From Ginglymostoma cirratum (lineage: Eukaryota), in contig JAHRHZ010000197.1 of the NCBI GenBank assembly GCA_024137785.1, positions 341,688 through 383,602 on the forward strand: 41,915 nucleotides of DNA. The letters run 5' to 3'. The stretch's first letter is position 1; each line of letters begins with the position of its first letter. Under the pieces are notes generated by a model. It made no database searches, was not told where the DNA came from, and was given only the letters and a program-made list of their open reading frames with translations. A program made the position numbers and the translations under genes. Below, in pieces: positions 12,805 through 24,935 of the stretch.

Positions 12805-13422
12805 ATTTTGGACCAGACCAAACCCCTTTAAACATATCAGGGGAGGTAGCCCAGACCCTAACGTTTATCTTATTTAAAGGCAAGTGTAAAGTGCTGTGTT
12901 CCAGATTAATTCGTCTGGTTATACTACTCGGCTTTCAGCATTTATTCTTATGTTACAGTTAAAGTACAAACAAAAAAATAGAATTGGTATAATTTTAACT
13001 GTATTAACAGAATAATAGATCATGTTACTACTAAACAACAACTATTCTGACATAGTATTAGCCCATAAACACACCCTTGGCAAAGTCAAATTCAGTAAAA
13101 TAGATGGTCTCACATGCAATGTTTCTCCAGTTCAGGCGAAAAGAACACCAAGAGAAAGCTCTGGTAGTGAGAAAAGTGTGGCAGTTGCCACAACCAACTT
13201 CAAATCCCCAATAGGTACTGAAAGCTAAACTAAAACCCTGGTTCTGTGAGAGTCTGACTCCACTCATTGGTGTTGCTTCTATTGTTCCAACTTAAAAAAA
13301 AACCCAAGGTCTCACAAGCTGTTTACTTCATTGGCTTGGAAGATACTGCTTGGGACCTAGAGTGCAACAACTCTCTTCAAAAAAAGGACAAAATACACTT
13401 CTCTGAACCATACATCATCACT
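12805..13422 (-). repeat. 5' LTR of the Gmr1-like element
   Basis: Homologous to 6045-6223 plus 7607-8025 (for example atcttatttaaaggcaa, cacaaccaacttcaaa); followed by the PBS. Confidence 0.8.
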
Positions 13423-14370
13423 GTATATAAAGGGCAAAAGGATAACTGCAGAATGAGTCAGACCCATTAAGGACAATAATGGTAATTTGTATCTGTAGCT
13501 GAAGGACATAGTTTGGATACTTTGTGTCAGTGTTCAATAGTGAGAGGGGCAATGTGGGCATAGAAATGAGGGAGAAGGACTATGATGTACTTAAAGAAGT
13601 TTACATAGACAGACAGGAAGTTCTAAGTTATCTGACAGGCTTAAAGTAAATAAATCACCAAGGCCAGATGAATGTGTCCTAGGCTGTGGAGTGGGGAAAG
13701 GGAGGAAATAACTGACAATAAATTTTCATTTCCTCTCCGGCCACAGGAGAAGTGCTCGAGGACTAGAGGACAGCCTATGTGCTATTAATGAAGAAGGGAA
13801 GGAATAATTAACCAATGGAGGAAAAACAACTGGAATCAATTGCGACGCACAAAATTAATTTGCTCTTGGAGAATGGCATGGATCAATCAAGAACAGTCAG
13901 CATGGTTTTGTTAAGTAAAGGTCATGTCTGACTATTGATCGAATTTTTGTAAGTGGTGGCCTTGTGTATGGATGAGACATTGTCAAATAGGCTTTTGGTA
14001 AGGTTCTACGTGGGAAACTGTCAGCAAAAGAAAGAGCCCTTGAAATCCAAGGAATTTTGGACAATTGGATGAGTGGCAAGAAGCAGAGGGTGATAGTCAA
14101 GAGGTGTTTTTGTGACGGGAAGCCTGTGTCCTTTGGGGTTCTGCAGGGATCAGCAATGGGCCCCTACTGATTGTGGTACATACAAATGATTGAGACTTGA
14201 ATGTAGGTAGGTTGATCAGTAAGTTTGTGGATGACATTAAAAAAATGGTGGGATGGTAAATAATGAGGAGGATTGACTTAGACTAGAGGAGGAGAGAGAT
14301 GGGCTGCTCCTATATGCTAACTGGTGGCAAATGGAATGTAATCCGGATAAGTGCGAGGTGATGCACCTGT
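13423..14370 (+). mobile_element. CR1 ORF2 fragment (continues 5925-6044; host of the Gmr1 insertion)
   Basis: ttttacaagtat|ataaagggcaaaagg rejoins as FYKYIKGKRI; downstream motifs are QHGF, GVLQGS and KFVDD. Confidence 0.8.
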
Positions 14371-14669
14371 TCTATTCCTCATATTGTTGTATCCATCTTG
14401 CCTTTTAAAAGGGATCTCTGTAGCTTTTTAAATGACCAAAATACTGGATTTTCTTTTCCTGATGCTCCTTCTTAGAGTTATTCTTGCTCTTGCAATTTCC
14501 AGCACTCCTTCAATGTTTTATAGTCTGTACATGGAATATTTTTCTTAGCGTCCACAATTAAAAAGGCATCCATTTACTTCCTCAGATCTTTACCTATTAT
14601 TCAGGTTTCTGAACAGTCCAGAAGAATGGATAGAATTGAGTATCGGAGTTAGGATTCATGTTGCCGCTG

Positions 14670-14800
14670 GTCAGGTGAAATGAGTGAAGGGGTTGCACTC
14701 CAAAAGCTTGTCATTTCAAATAAACCTGTTGGACTATAACCTGGTGTCGTGTCATTTCTCTCTTTGTCCACCCAGTCCAACACTGGCACCTCCACATCAG
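14670..14800 (+). repeat. Penelope-like terminal repeat fragment
   Basis: ctggtgtcgtgtca...tttgtccaccc.agtccaacact matches the reverse complement of 25103-25165. Confidence 0.65.
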
Positions 14801-15439
14801 TTTGTAGATGTGCAGTTTTTATGCCTAGACATGCAATGCTGTGGCCAAGTAGTTGAAAATGGGATTAAAATAGTTCAGTGATTATTTTGACCAGTCCAGA
14901 CTTGATGGTCTGAAAGACCTTTTTCTGTGCTGTAAACCTCTGACTCCACAATACTTTCTCCATCCCTGTCCCTGGACACTGTCTCAGACTGAGTTAGCCA
15001 GTTCACAGTGTCACTATCCTATTTAATTGTTAGCTGAGCTTCTACCAAAACTTCTCTTCTCTATCTTCTCCATTGCCACCAAATCCCATTCCCTTTGCCA
15101 TAAATGGTAGCTGTGCTGGATGTCATTGAGCAGGACTTTCAGCAATTCTTCAGACCTAAGCAGACAGTGAAGAAATGTATCTGCACTCCATAATGATCAT
15201 CAAAGCAGCCAAGTCAGTGCAGGCTCAGCTTCAGTCCCAACACCCGTTTCTGATATAACCATATCTCAGTGAATACTGCTTGTGCCAGCAGAGTATTATG
15301 AGGCCCAATGCTTTACCTTATGCCGTTCCTCCAAAGGACAGGTCACTCTCTATCCCTATCTCAGGACAACTCTTTCTCTCTCCAAGAGAGGAGAAAAAAC
15401 ACCTGTCATGTTTATCTGAGCAGCTAACAGATTCTTGGG

Positions 15440-15980
15440 ACTTGCTGCTCACCTACTCTGCTTGGAAACTTCCAGCTACTACAGTGTAAAATCATTTCAT
15501 CCTTTCTTTCCAGGAATATTAACTTGTACCACCCTATCGCACTCCTGGAATCCCTACACCCTCACTAGCATATTATGTCCCTGATGGTCCAGGCTGAGGA
15601 AAGTTAAAATGAGTAGCTCAGGTAATTGGAAGCTAGGCACATTTGACATCATTATGAGAACAAAGTCTTCAATAGTGGCAGAAGTGTTCAAACGATGGCA
15701 GCAGAGTGCCATACACTGCAGAAACTGAACAAGGCTAGTTGAACTGCCTGTAACCGCGATGATGAGAAGCACACCGGTTGGCAAATGACAACACCATGAA
15801 CTGCAAAGACCAAGTCTTACATCATTCTGACTTGGAACTATTTGACTGCTCCTGCCTTGGTACTGGTCAAATACCTGGAAAGCCCTCCATAACAGCATTG
15901 AAAGATGTACCTACATCACAATTACTGCAGCACTTAATGAAGGCAGCAGACCATAATCTTCTCAAGGGCAATTAGGAAAT
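15440..15980 (+). mobile_element. Degenerate LINE 3' fragment
   Basis: Ends in aaggcagcag...cttctcaagggcaattagg, the same tail family as 33108-34210. Confidence 0.55.
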
Positions 15981-15984
15981 AAAG

Positions 15985-16552
15985 GCAGAGATAAAAGGTA
16001 CTGCAGATGCTGGAGAATCCGAGATAACAAGCATGGGGCTGGATGAACACAGCAGGTCAAGCAGCATCATAGGAGCAGGCTATGATGCTGCTTGACCTNN
16101 NNNNNNNNNNNNNNNNNNNNNNNNNNNNNNNNNNNNNNNNNNNNNNNNNNNNNNNNNNNNNNNNNNNNNNNNNNNNNNNNNNNNNNNNNNNNNNNNNNNN
16201 NNNNNNNNNNNNNNNNNNNNNNNNNNNNNNNNNNNNNNNNNNNNNNNNNNNNNNNNNNNNNNNNNNNNNNNNNNNNNNNNNNNNNNNNNNNNNNNNNNNN
16301 NNNNNNNNNNNNNNNNNNNNNNNNNNNNNNNNNNNNNNNNNNNNNNNNNNNNNNNNNNNNNNNNNNNNNNNNNNNNNNNNNNNNNNNNNNNNNNNNNNNN
16401 NNNNNNNNNNNNNNNNNNNNNNNNNNNNNNNNNNNNNNNNNNNNNNNNNNNNNNNNNNNNNNNNNNNNNNNNNNNNNNNNNNNNNNNNNNNNNNNNNNCT
16501 CCACAGATGCTGCCAGACCTGCTGAGCTTTTCCAGCAACTTTGTTTTTGATC
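15985..16552. other. 400-N assembly gap (16099-16498) flanked by Penelope-derived short repeats
   Basis: Run of N. The left flank matches the gataacaag..gctggatgaacacagcagg family; the right flank matches 5438-5470. Confidence 0.9.
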
Positions 16553-16581
16553 CAAATTTTGCTAAAGTCTATCTAATGAGT

Positions 16582-16628
16582 TCATACGTGCCTTGATGAG
16601 TTCCAGGTCGATTCTCCTGAATCAGCAG
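16582..16628 (-). CDS. MHC class I terminal cytoplasmic exon (coding part)
   Basis: ttttcttctcacag acceptor, phase 1. Translates (S)ADSGESTWNSSRHV* with TGA at 16582-16584; a Ser-rich tail typical of class I. Confidence 0.8.
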
Positions 16629-16709
16629 CTGTGAGAAGAAAATATTTATCTCAATCTCATATTTTGTAAACATACTCCAAGTTCTACATTACCACTGACA
16701 CAGGAAAAC

Positions 16710-17790
16710 CGAGAGGGTGTGGCAGAGATTGAGACGGAGTAGCAGAAAAAGTGAGAGAGAGTGGCAGAGAGGGAGCGGCAGGGTGAGAGGGACGGGCACA
16801 GACAGAGAGACGGATGGGCACAGACAGTGAGAGGGAGGGAGTGGCAGAGAGTGAGAGGGAGTGGCAGAAGGAGAGGGACCGAATGGCACAGAGAGTGCGA
16901 GGGCATAGCACAGTGAGAGTGCACGGCATAGAGAGAGTGAGAGGGAGTGGCAGAGAGAGTGAGAAGGAGTGGCAAAGAGAGTGAGACAGAGTGGCAGACA
17001 GACAGTGAGGGGAGTGAAACAGAGCGTATGAGAGGGAGTGGTACAGGGTGACGGAGCATGACATAGTGGGACGGCATGGCAGGGTGAGATGGAGTGGCAT
17101 AGAAAGACTGAGAGGGTGGTTGAGTGATAGTGAGATGGAGTGGCAGAGAGAGCGGGAAGGAATGGCACAGAGATGGAGTGGCAGAGACAGAGATTGGCAG
17201 AGAGGGAGAGTGAGAGGAAGTGGCATAGAGTGACAGAGTAGCGTGAGAGGGAGTGGCACAGATTAAGAGAGGCACAGAGAGGGGGAGTGGTACAGAGAGA
17301 GGGGGAATGGCACTGAGACGGAGTGGCACGGAGACTGAGAGGGCAGGAGTGGCATAGAGACTGAGAGGTTGGGAGTGGGACAGAGTGAGAGGTTGGGAGT
17401 GGGACAGAGAGTGAGATGTCTGGAGGAGCACAGAGAGTGAGGGGGAGTTAGAGACTGAGTGGCAGAGAGGGAGAGCGACTGGCAGAGAGAGTGAGAGTGG
17501 CACAGACAGAGTGAGATGAATTGGCAGAGAAGGAGGGAGGGAGTGGCACAGAGGGTGTAAGAGTGCATGGCAGAGAGTGGTACAGACAGTGAGACGGAGT
17601 AGCAAAGAGAGAGTGAAAGGAAGTGGCAGAGTGATAGTGAGATGGAGTGACAGAGACAGAGTGAGTGGGCATGGCAGAGGAACAGAGTGGCAGAGAGAGT
17701 GACAGACAGAGGGAGTGGCAGACAGAGCAGGAAGGGTGGCAGAGAGTAAGAGGGAGAGACAGTGAGAGAGGGTGGCAGAGAGAGTGGCAT
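16710..17790. repeat. GA-rich degenerate satellite (gagtggca-based) filling the last intron
   Basis: Dozens of gagtggca(g/c)agag units; source of the spurious low-complexity ORFs. Confidence 0.9.
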
Positions 17791-17829
17791 CAGCAGTCAT
17801 TGCAAATAAAAATTAGTTTCCAAACTTAC

Positions 17830-17865
17830 AATTTGCGGGACTGTAATCAGATTTCTTCTCACTCC
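17830..17865 (-). CDS. MHC class I cytoplasmic exon 1
   Basis: tatctctcag acceptor and T|gtaagt donor, 36 nt, phase 1/1. Translates GSEKKSDYSPAN, containing the class I-type YxxA motif. Confidence 0.85.
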
Positions 17866-17949
17866 CTGAGAGATACATAAACAGATGTGTTATAACAAAC
17901 GGCAACATGAAAACCCACCTCAGCCCTTTGCTCACTTTAAGCAGCACCC

Positions 17950-18480
17950 AACACGAGGACGATTTATACACAAGGACAATTTCAGTTATGAACAGTTCTT
18001 TCATCCACACGTACTGTAGACAAACAGGAGGAATAACAGGTATAAACAGGTTCTCACCGCTTCATCGACACAAACTTACTATACACATAGGGAGAACTAT
18101 AGTTACAAACAGCGCAATCAAATGCCCAAACTTACTTGTATACAAACATGGAAACATTCAGACAAAAAAGAATATACTGATTCCTAAACCACAGAAACTT
18201 ACTGTACACACACAGGGGGGATTGCAGTTCCAAAGAGCTCCCTCACCCTCTCAAACCTACTGTACACACAGACAGACAGACAGAACTGAAGTTTGATTAA
18301 ATCCCTGACCCACAAAAACCTGTTTAACAGACACAAAGGCAATGAGTTACACATAGCTCCTGTACTCTCACGCACACTTGCCGTCCACACATAGGGGGAA
18401 TTACAGTTACACACAACTCTCTCAGCCACTCATAATTACTGTACACATAGGGGGAGCATCCGTTCAAATCAGTTCACTCT
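17950..18480. repeat. Degenerate ~55-60 bp minisatellite
   Basis: Recurrent aaacttactgtacacatagggg..ttacagtt units (e.g. near 18071, 18127, 18195, 18252, 18435). Confidence 0.65.
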
Positions 18481-18712
18481 ATTTCATTTTCTCGGACCCT
18501 GTTGAACCCACTCCAATCCCAGACAACCAGCACCGCTAACTAGGTCTCTTCAAGCATCCTGTGGCTTCTTCCATCCAACAGCACTCACTTCTAGCATATC
18601 ATTGGACTATGTGTAAGTAATCCAATTCTAGGGGATTTCCCAAATGGTCTGATGTTTGTGCTGACACAGTTAAACCTGATCCCACCCAAGAGTGCGAAAT
18701 TTCATTACCCAC

Positions 18713-18841
18713 CTCTCCTCTTCCACAGAAATCCACCAATGGCAAGGACAATCAGAACAATGGCAACACCAATGGCAACTCCAAAAATCAAACTGGGATT
18801 TGTTCCCTCTGGAGATCCTGCAGTCACTCGGAATGTCCCAT
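18713..18841 (-). CDS. MHC class I connecting peptide/transmembrane exon
   Basis: cccacag acceptor and G|gtgggt donor, 129 nt, phase 1/1. Translates DGTFRVTAGSPEGTNPSLIFGVAIGVAIVLIVLAIGGFLWKRR: a hydrophobic span followed by a basic stop-transfer. Not in the ORF track. Confidence 0.9.
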
Positions 18842-20174
18842 CTGTGGGTGAATAATCAATGAATATCCCTGGTCACTGCATATTCAGAAACAGTTAGACG
18901 AAAATTTTGTCTGAGATTGAATCTGGATCTGCGATATGATGGTCAGTCAAAAGACAGTATGATGTAGGTTTGAAAAAATCAGTGTGGCTGGGCTGCACGC
19001 TAGTGAATAATTACGAGTCTATCCATATTAAAGGTGCCGAACAAATGCAGGTATTTATCTGTCTGCAGATGTTGGAATGAAAAGACTTTGGAAAGTTCTT
19101 TCACAGCACTTACGCAAGCGAATAATCCCACACCAGCGTCAGAACAGTTTTGTGAAAATGTACTGATGGGAGCTCAGAGTTTTCTCAAGAGAGGGGAAGG
19201 TAACAATGTAGATCAAAGAACCTGTTACTACATTGGAAAGGGACAATATGCTGGAATGGATGTGTCCAATCCTGTGGGATTGAAAGTGCCATTCAAGCGT
19301 CCTACTGTCCCTGCAAGGCTCTGTAAAAGACAGACAAAAAAGGTAAGGATGTGTATTTGAAAATTGTTGCTTGTCCGATCAGTGGCTGTTTTGTCCCTGC
19401 ATTTCAGTTGGCTCACTGATGGATTCACAACAATGATATAGTGAAATAAAAAAATAAAGAAATGGTCTCACTGTTGGGAGTTCGCAGTTGTTCACTGGAT
19501 CTCTGCGATTCTCAGGCTGCTACTTTAGAGTCAGATTACAGAAAGAGACACAAACTATACATTTCTAATAATCACAAAATTCAATGATCCACACACAGAC
19601 TGAGACTATCAAAGTGAGAAGGGAAGAAGGGGAAGGAATTCCTAACTATTTTCCTTGATGGTTTCAGCCCTATGAGGAATTTAGCAGTGCTACACTAGTT
19701 ATGGTGAATTAAATGGATAAGGTTGAATAGCATTTGTGAAAGAGTTATCACAACACCCTTAGGTTTAGAGAAGAGCTGTTTAAGGTCTGAGAAAAATTTA
19801 ACACTTAGTCCTTTTCTGAATAGCTCTGCGGGAGTACCTATATCCCAGCTATTGCAGCCCTTCAAGAAGGCAGCTCACCACTACCATCCCAATGGAATTC
19901 AGGATGAGCAACAATCGCCTGAGCTAGTCAGCAACATCTCGTGAACAAATAAGGTTTGGGGATGTTTAATTTCAGTGAGTTTGAAAAGGGATTTGGCTCC
20001 CTAAGGAAAGCAAATTGGTTATCAATTAATGTAAAATCCTAGACTGGTCAATATTTTACGAGTCAGTTATGAAGAGGTACAAATTGAATGGATAGATCAC
20101 TCGAGAGGTAATTCAAAAGTAGAAGAGGCTCAAGAGGATGAATAATCTCATGCTGTTCACATTTTCCTAAAGTC

Positions 20175-20930
20175 TTTTTAGCCTTTTCTCATAGTCAATG
20201 CCCTGGAGACCAGGCAACATTCTGGTGAACCTTCTCTGTACTCTTCCCAAAGCTTCCACATTCTTCTGGTAGTGTGGTGATCAAAACTGCACACAATACT
20301 CCAAAAGCGCTTAACAAGAGTTTTATATAACTGCAACATGTTTTACCAGCTCTTGTACTCCACACACTGGGCAATGAAGGCAAGCATGCCATATGCATTC
20401 TTAATCACCTTGGCCACTTTCAGGGAACTGTGGACCTGCATGCCCAGATCTATCTGATTAGTGTTCCTAAAGGTCCTGCCATTTACAATATAATTCACAC
20501 CTAAATTGATCCTCCAAAATGCATCACCTCGCATCTGGATAAACTCCATCTGCTATTTCTGTGCCCAAGTCACACATCTATCTATATCCTGTTGCATAAT
20601 TTCACAATCGTTGGCACGTGTTAGCAACTCCACCAATCTTCGTGTTGTTAGGAAACTTGCTTATCAGACCACCTATATTTTCCTCCAGATCATTTATGCA
20701 TACTATGAAACAACAAAGGGCCTAAGACAAAGGGCCTGTGGAACACCACTAGTTACCGGTCTTCTGAAAAACATCCTTCCACCACTACCCTCTGTCTTCT
20801 ATGACCAAGCCAGTTTTCTATCCATCTAGCCAGGCCACCCCAAATCCCTTGTGGTTTTGGTTTTTGTACCAACCTGCCATGTGGAATTTTATCAAATGCC
20901 TTATAAACTACATCCACAGGCCTTCCCTCA
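20175..20930 (-). mobile_element. CR1-type LINE RT fragment
   Basis: DLGMQVHSSLKVA, AYGMLAFI and SGVPQ motifs; homologous to 3835-4955. Confidence 0.85.
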
Positions 20931-22086
20931 GATAGTTACTGGAGCAGTATGTTCGAGATGGCAAAGGGCAACAAGTGGACAAGTTAGGTGAGATTTATCA
21001 ATGATTAAGTGAACAATCTAACAGTTATCTAAAAGTGACTATTTAGCTTTCTCCATGTCATGTTTGAAAAGGAGTAACATGCCACAGTTACAAAGGTTTG
21101 AGATTTTGATAATGCTAAGTTAGTCAAAGCTGCTATCAGGTAGATGTATGGCTAAGAAATGGAAGGTGTTCAAAAAGAATTCAGTTTTATACAGGAGAAT
21201 GTATACTCAGTATCATGTATGTCCTGTTTGACAGAAGACGTGAAACATGACACCAATGTGAAGGAAAGAAACAAAGAGTATTGCAGCTAGACAGGATTAA
21301 GGAATATATAGAGGACCATAAAAATGGTGAGTTACAACACAGATTGGTAGAAGGAAAGATGAAGAATAATTCAGATTAACCTATAGATTTAGCTCAAAAA
21401 TAAATTCTGATTATTAGAGCAATTCAACGATGGAGATAGCTAATATTAGAAATGGACATAACGGAATAGCAGACGTTTTTGAATGTCTGCTTTTACTGTC
21501 ATTATCCTTTGATTTCTGAAAGATGATGGGAATTCGGCCTTGTACTTGTTGAGAGGTCAGATGGGATCACTTGCTATACTTTATTTGCAGGCTGAAGAAA
21601 CCCATTCAAAAAAGCATAATCTACTACAAATGCCACTTGTGAAGTCATCCATTGCCAGTAACATGGAAGGGAATTGGAGAGACCACACCTGCAGTATTAT
21701 GTGCAGTTTGGGTCTCCTTATGAGAAGCACGATATTCTGACTTTGGAAGGCTCACAAGAAAGGTTAACCAGACTGATTTCCTGAATGGTAGAACTGACAA
21801 AGAGAAACTGAGTCACTTAAGACTACATTCACTCGAGTTTAGAAGAATGAGAGGATTCTCTTAGAAAACTGTTACATTTTTCACATCTGCCTTTATTTTG
21901 GAGAAGAATACCGAATTTGAGAAGACAATGGACCGAGAATTTCTTTAGTAGCTGGACAAAGGGAGTGAGGAGGTTTTGGAAGATTTGGCGGATTTAAAAG
22001 TGGACACATCTCCAGGCCTGAAAGAGCTATATCCCAGGCTGCTGTGGGAGATGGGGGACAAAATTTCAGGGATCCTGATCCAAAAG

Positions 22087-22420
22087 TTTATTTTATTTTA
22101 TTCACTTACAGGATGTGGGCATTTCTGGCTAGGTCAGTATTTATTGCCCATTACTAAATGCCCAGAGGGTGGTTAAGAGTCAACCGCTGTAGGTCTGATG
22201 TCACATGTAGGCCAGACCAGGTAAGCAGGTCAGTTTCCTTCCCTAAAGGACATTAGTCATCGAGATGGAATTTTCTGACAATCAATAGTGGATTTGTCGT
22301 CATCATTAGACTCTTAATCCAAGATATTTTTATTGAATTCAAATTCCATCATCTGATGTAACAGAATTCAAACCAGTGTCCTCAGGACATTAGCTGGTTT
22401 TCTGGATCTGACTAGGCCAT
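22087..22420 (-). mobile_element. tRNA-derived SINE (same family as 6639-6977) inside CR1 fragments
   Basis: Reverse complement of aatgtcctttagggaaggaaactg and ctggtctggcctacatgt. Confidence 0.8.
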
Positions 22421-22769
22421 CACATCTCTTTTTAAGTACTTTCCGGCCATTGTGAGGTGCCAGAGCAGTTGAATTAAGTTTCACTTTTCAAGGAGGATAG
22501 TAGAGATAGATCGATAGAGCAGCGAGTCTCATGTCACTGGTCGGAAAACATATGGAGAAAATTCTGAAGAAGAAAATATATGTCCATTTTGGAGAGGCAA
22601 GGTTTGATCAGGGATATTCAGCATGGTGTAATCTTAGGGAAGTCATGCCAAACAAATCTGGTTGAACTTTTTGTGGAAGTGAGCAGCTGTGTCAATAAGG
22701 ATGGTGCAGTAGCTGTAGTTTATATTGATTTCAGTTGGGCCTTTGAAAAAGTCAAACAATTTTCCTGCA

Positions 22770-24935
22770 AACACAATTCAGGGAGCTAAAATGCAGTACT
22801 ACCAATCTCAGGATTACTACCTGTGCCACAGGTTAGTGAGGCTAGGAACAAAGAGAGTGCAGTCAAACATGTGGCTACAGAGCACGTGTAGGAGTGAGGG
22901 CTTCAGATATATGGATCATTGGAATGTCTTCTGGGGAAGGTGGGACCTGTACAGGAAGGACAGTTTGCACCTGAACTGGAGAGGCACCAATATCCTGGGT
23001 GGGAGGTTTGCTAGAGCTCTTCAGAGGGGTTTAAACTAATGTGGCAGGGGGTTGGGAACCGGAATACAAGGCCAGTAAGTACAGGGACTAGGGACAAAAG
23101 TGTGGCAGAAATATGCATAGCACAGAGTAAGAGCAGGCACAGGGAAGTAGCGGGGTTCAGAGGTACTGGAGGACTGGAATGCATTTACTTCAATGCAAGG
23201 AGTATAGCAGGTAAGTCAGATGAACTAAGAGCATAGATTACTGCATGGAATTATGATGTTATTGCCATTCCATGGAGGGACAGGACTAGCACCTTATCAT
23301 TCCTAGATTTCGCTGTTTTAGAAGGGACAGAAAGGGAAACAGTGGGGAAGTTGCACTGCTGATTAGGGATCACATCATAGCTGTGTTGAGGGAGGACACA
23401 TTGGAGGTATGTTGCATTGAGGCACTATGCATGGAGCACAAGAATAGGAAGGGTGTAATCACAATGTTGGGAAATCTCGTCCTCCCAACAGCCCATGGGA
23501 GACAGAAGGAGCAGACATGTAGTCAGATATTGGAAAAGTGTGAAAAGAGCAGGGTAGTTGTGGTGGGTGACTTCAACTTTCCTCTTATTGACTGGGAATC
23601 CCTTCGAGCTCAGATAGAGAGCAATTTGTTAGTTGCGTCCAGGAGGGCTTTTTGAGGCAGTATATTGACATTCCAACCAGAGAGGGGGCCATATTAGACT
23701 TTGTCCTAGGGAATGAGCCACGAGAGGGTGATTGATGTTTCAGTAGGAGAGCATTTCAGGCTTAGTGACCATAACTCCATTTAGAGTAGTCATGGAAAAG
23801 GAAACAAATGGCCCTTGGGTGAGGATGCTTAATTGGCCAAGAGCCAATTATACCCAAATTAGACAGGAACTGAAGAATGTGGATGAGAAGCAGTTATTTG
23901 AGGGCAAATCTACCTCTGGCATATGGGAGGTTTTTAAAGACCAATTGACTAAAGTGCAGGACATGAATGTCCCTGCAAAACTAAAGGATAGGAATGGCAG
24001 GATTCAGGAACCATGGATGACAAGGCAAATTGTAAAGGTAGTCAAAAGAAAAAGGGAAGCATACAACAAGTCTAGGTAGTTACAAACTAACGAAGCCCTG
24101 GAGGATTACAGAGAAATTAAGAAGGAACTTAAATGAGCAATTAGGAAGGCAAAAAGGGGCCATGAAATGTCTTTAGCAAACAGGGTCAAGGACAATCCTA
24201 GTGTGGAGCTGGAGGAACACAACAGGCCAGGCAGCATCAGAGGAGCAGGAATGCTAACATCAGTTGTCCTGCTCCTCTGGTGCTGTCTGGCCTGCTGTGT
24301 TCCTCCAGCTCCACACTATGTTATCTCAGGCTCCAGCATTGATAGTTCTTACTATCTCAAGGAGAATCCCAAGGCTTTTTATGCATATGTTAGGAGAAAG
24401 AGGGTAACAAGGGCCCTCTCAAGGACGAAGTAGGGAAGTTATACGTAGAGCCACAGGAAGTGGGGGAGATCCTGAATGAGTACTTTGTAACAGTTGTCAC
24501 CAAGGAGAAGGACATGACTAATGTTGAGGTCAGGGATAAGTTTGTGTATACGCTAGAGAGTGTCAACATATTGAATGAGGAAGTTTTGGGAATCCTAAAT
24601 TGCGTTAAGATAGCCCCCAGGAGCGGATGGGATCTACCCCAGGTTACTCAGAGAGGCAAGAGAGGAATTAGCTGAGGCATTGGCAGATATCTTCATACCA
24701 TCGTTGACCACAGGTGAAGTTCCAGAGGACTGGCGATTAGCGAATGTTGTTCCCTTGTTTAAGAAAAGATGCAAAGATAATCCAGGAAACTATAGGCCAG
24801 TGAGCTTGACCTCTACTGAGGGGCAAGATATGTGCGCATTTAGAGGAAAAGTGACTACCTAGTGACAGCATGGTTTTGTCCGGGGGAGGTCATATCTCAC
24901 CAACCTGATTGAATTTTTTGAAGAGGTAACAAAGA
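22770..24935 (+). mobile_element. CR1 LINE: ORF1 esterase C-terminus, ORF2 APE endonuclease and start of RT (decayed)
   Basis: DLYRKDSLHLN (SGNH-type DxxH), YFNARS, VVGDFNFP, SDHN, DWRLANVVPLFKK and PGNYRPVSLTS. A short insertion at ~24200-24356 is flanked by tcaagga(c/g)aatcc. Confidence 0.9.

Larger units (their letters stand above)
6045..13422 (-). mobile_element. Decayed Gmr1-like Ty3/Gypsy LTR retrotransposon
   Basis: Two homologous LTRs and a 4-bp TSD gtat (6041-6044, 13423-13426). PBS-like ttggggctattgtcgggat (~12783-12802); PPT at 8026-8043. Gag FEKVAKQMKWP (~12170-12197); integrase zinc-binding region (~10140-10230) and NYLIRTPDRRK (~9800-9840) lie upstream of RT YIDD (9145-9156) and RNase H. 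Confidence 0.88.

Noticed and set aside
16067-16555. ORFs of 147-162 aa
   Set aside because: Artefacts of the N gap.
16646-17800. 384-aa ORF and overlapping long ORFs
   Set aside because: They arise from a stop-poor low-complexity satellite, open in several frames, inside the last class I intron.
18589-18606. Possible 18-nt micro-exon (tag...gtgagt) on the minus strand
   Set aside because: Weak pyrimidine tract and an in-frame TGA in phase 1; no further support.
18652-18855. Plus-strand 67-aa ORF with MATP repeats
   Set aside because: Antisense shadow of the transmembrane exon.
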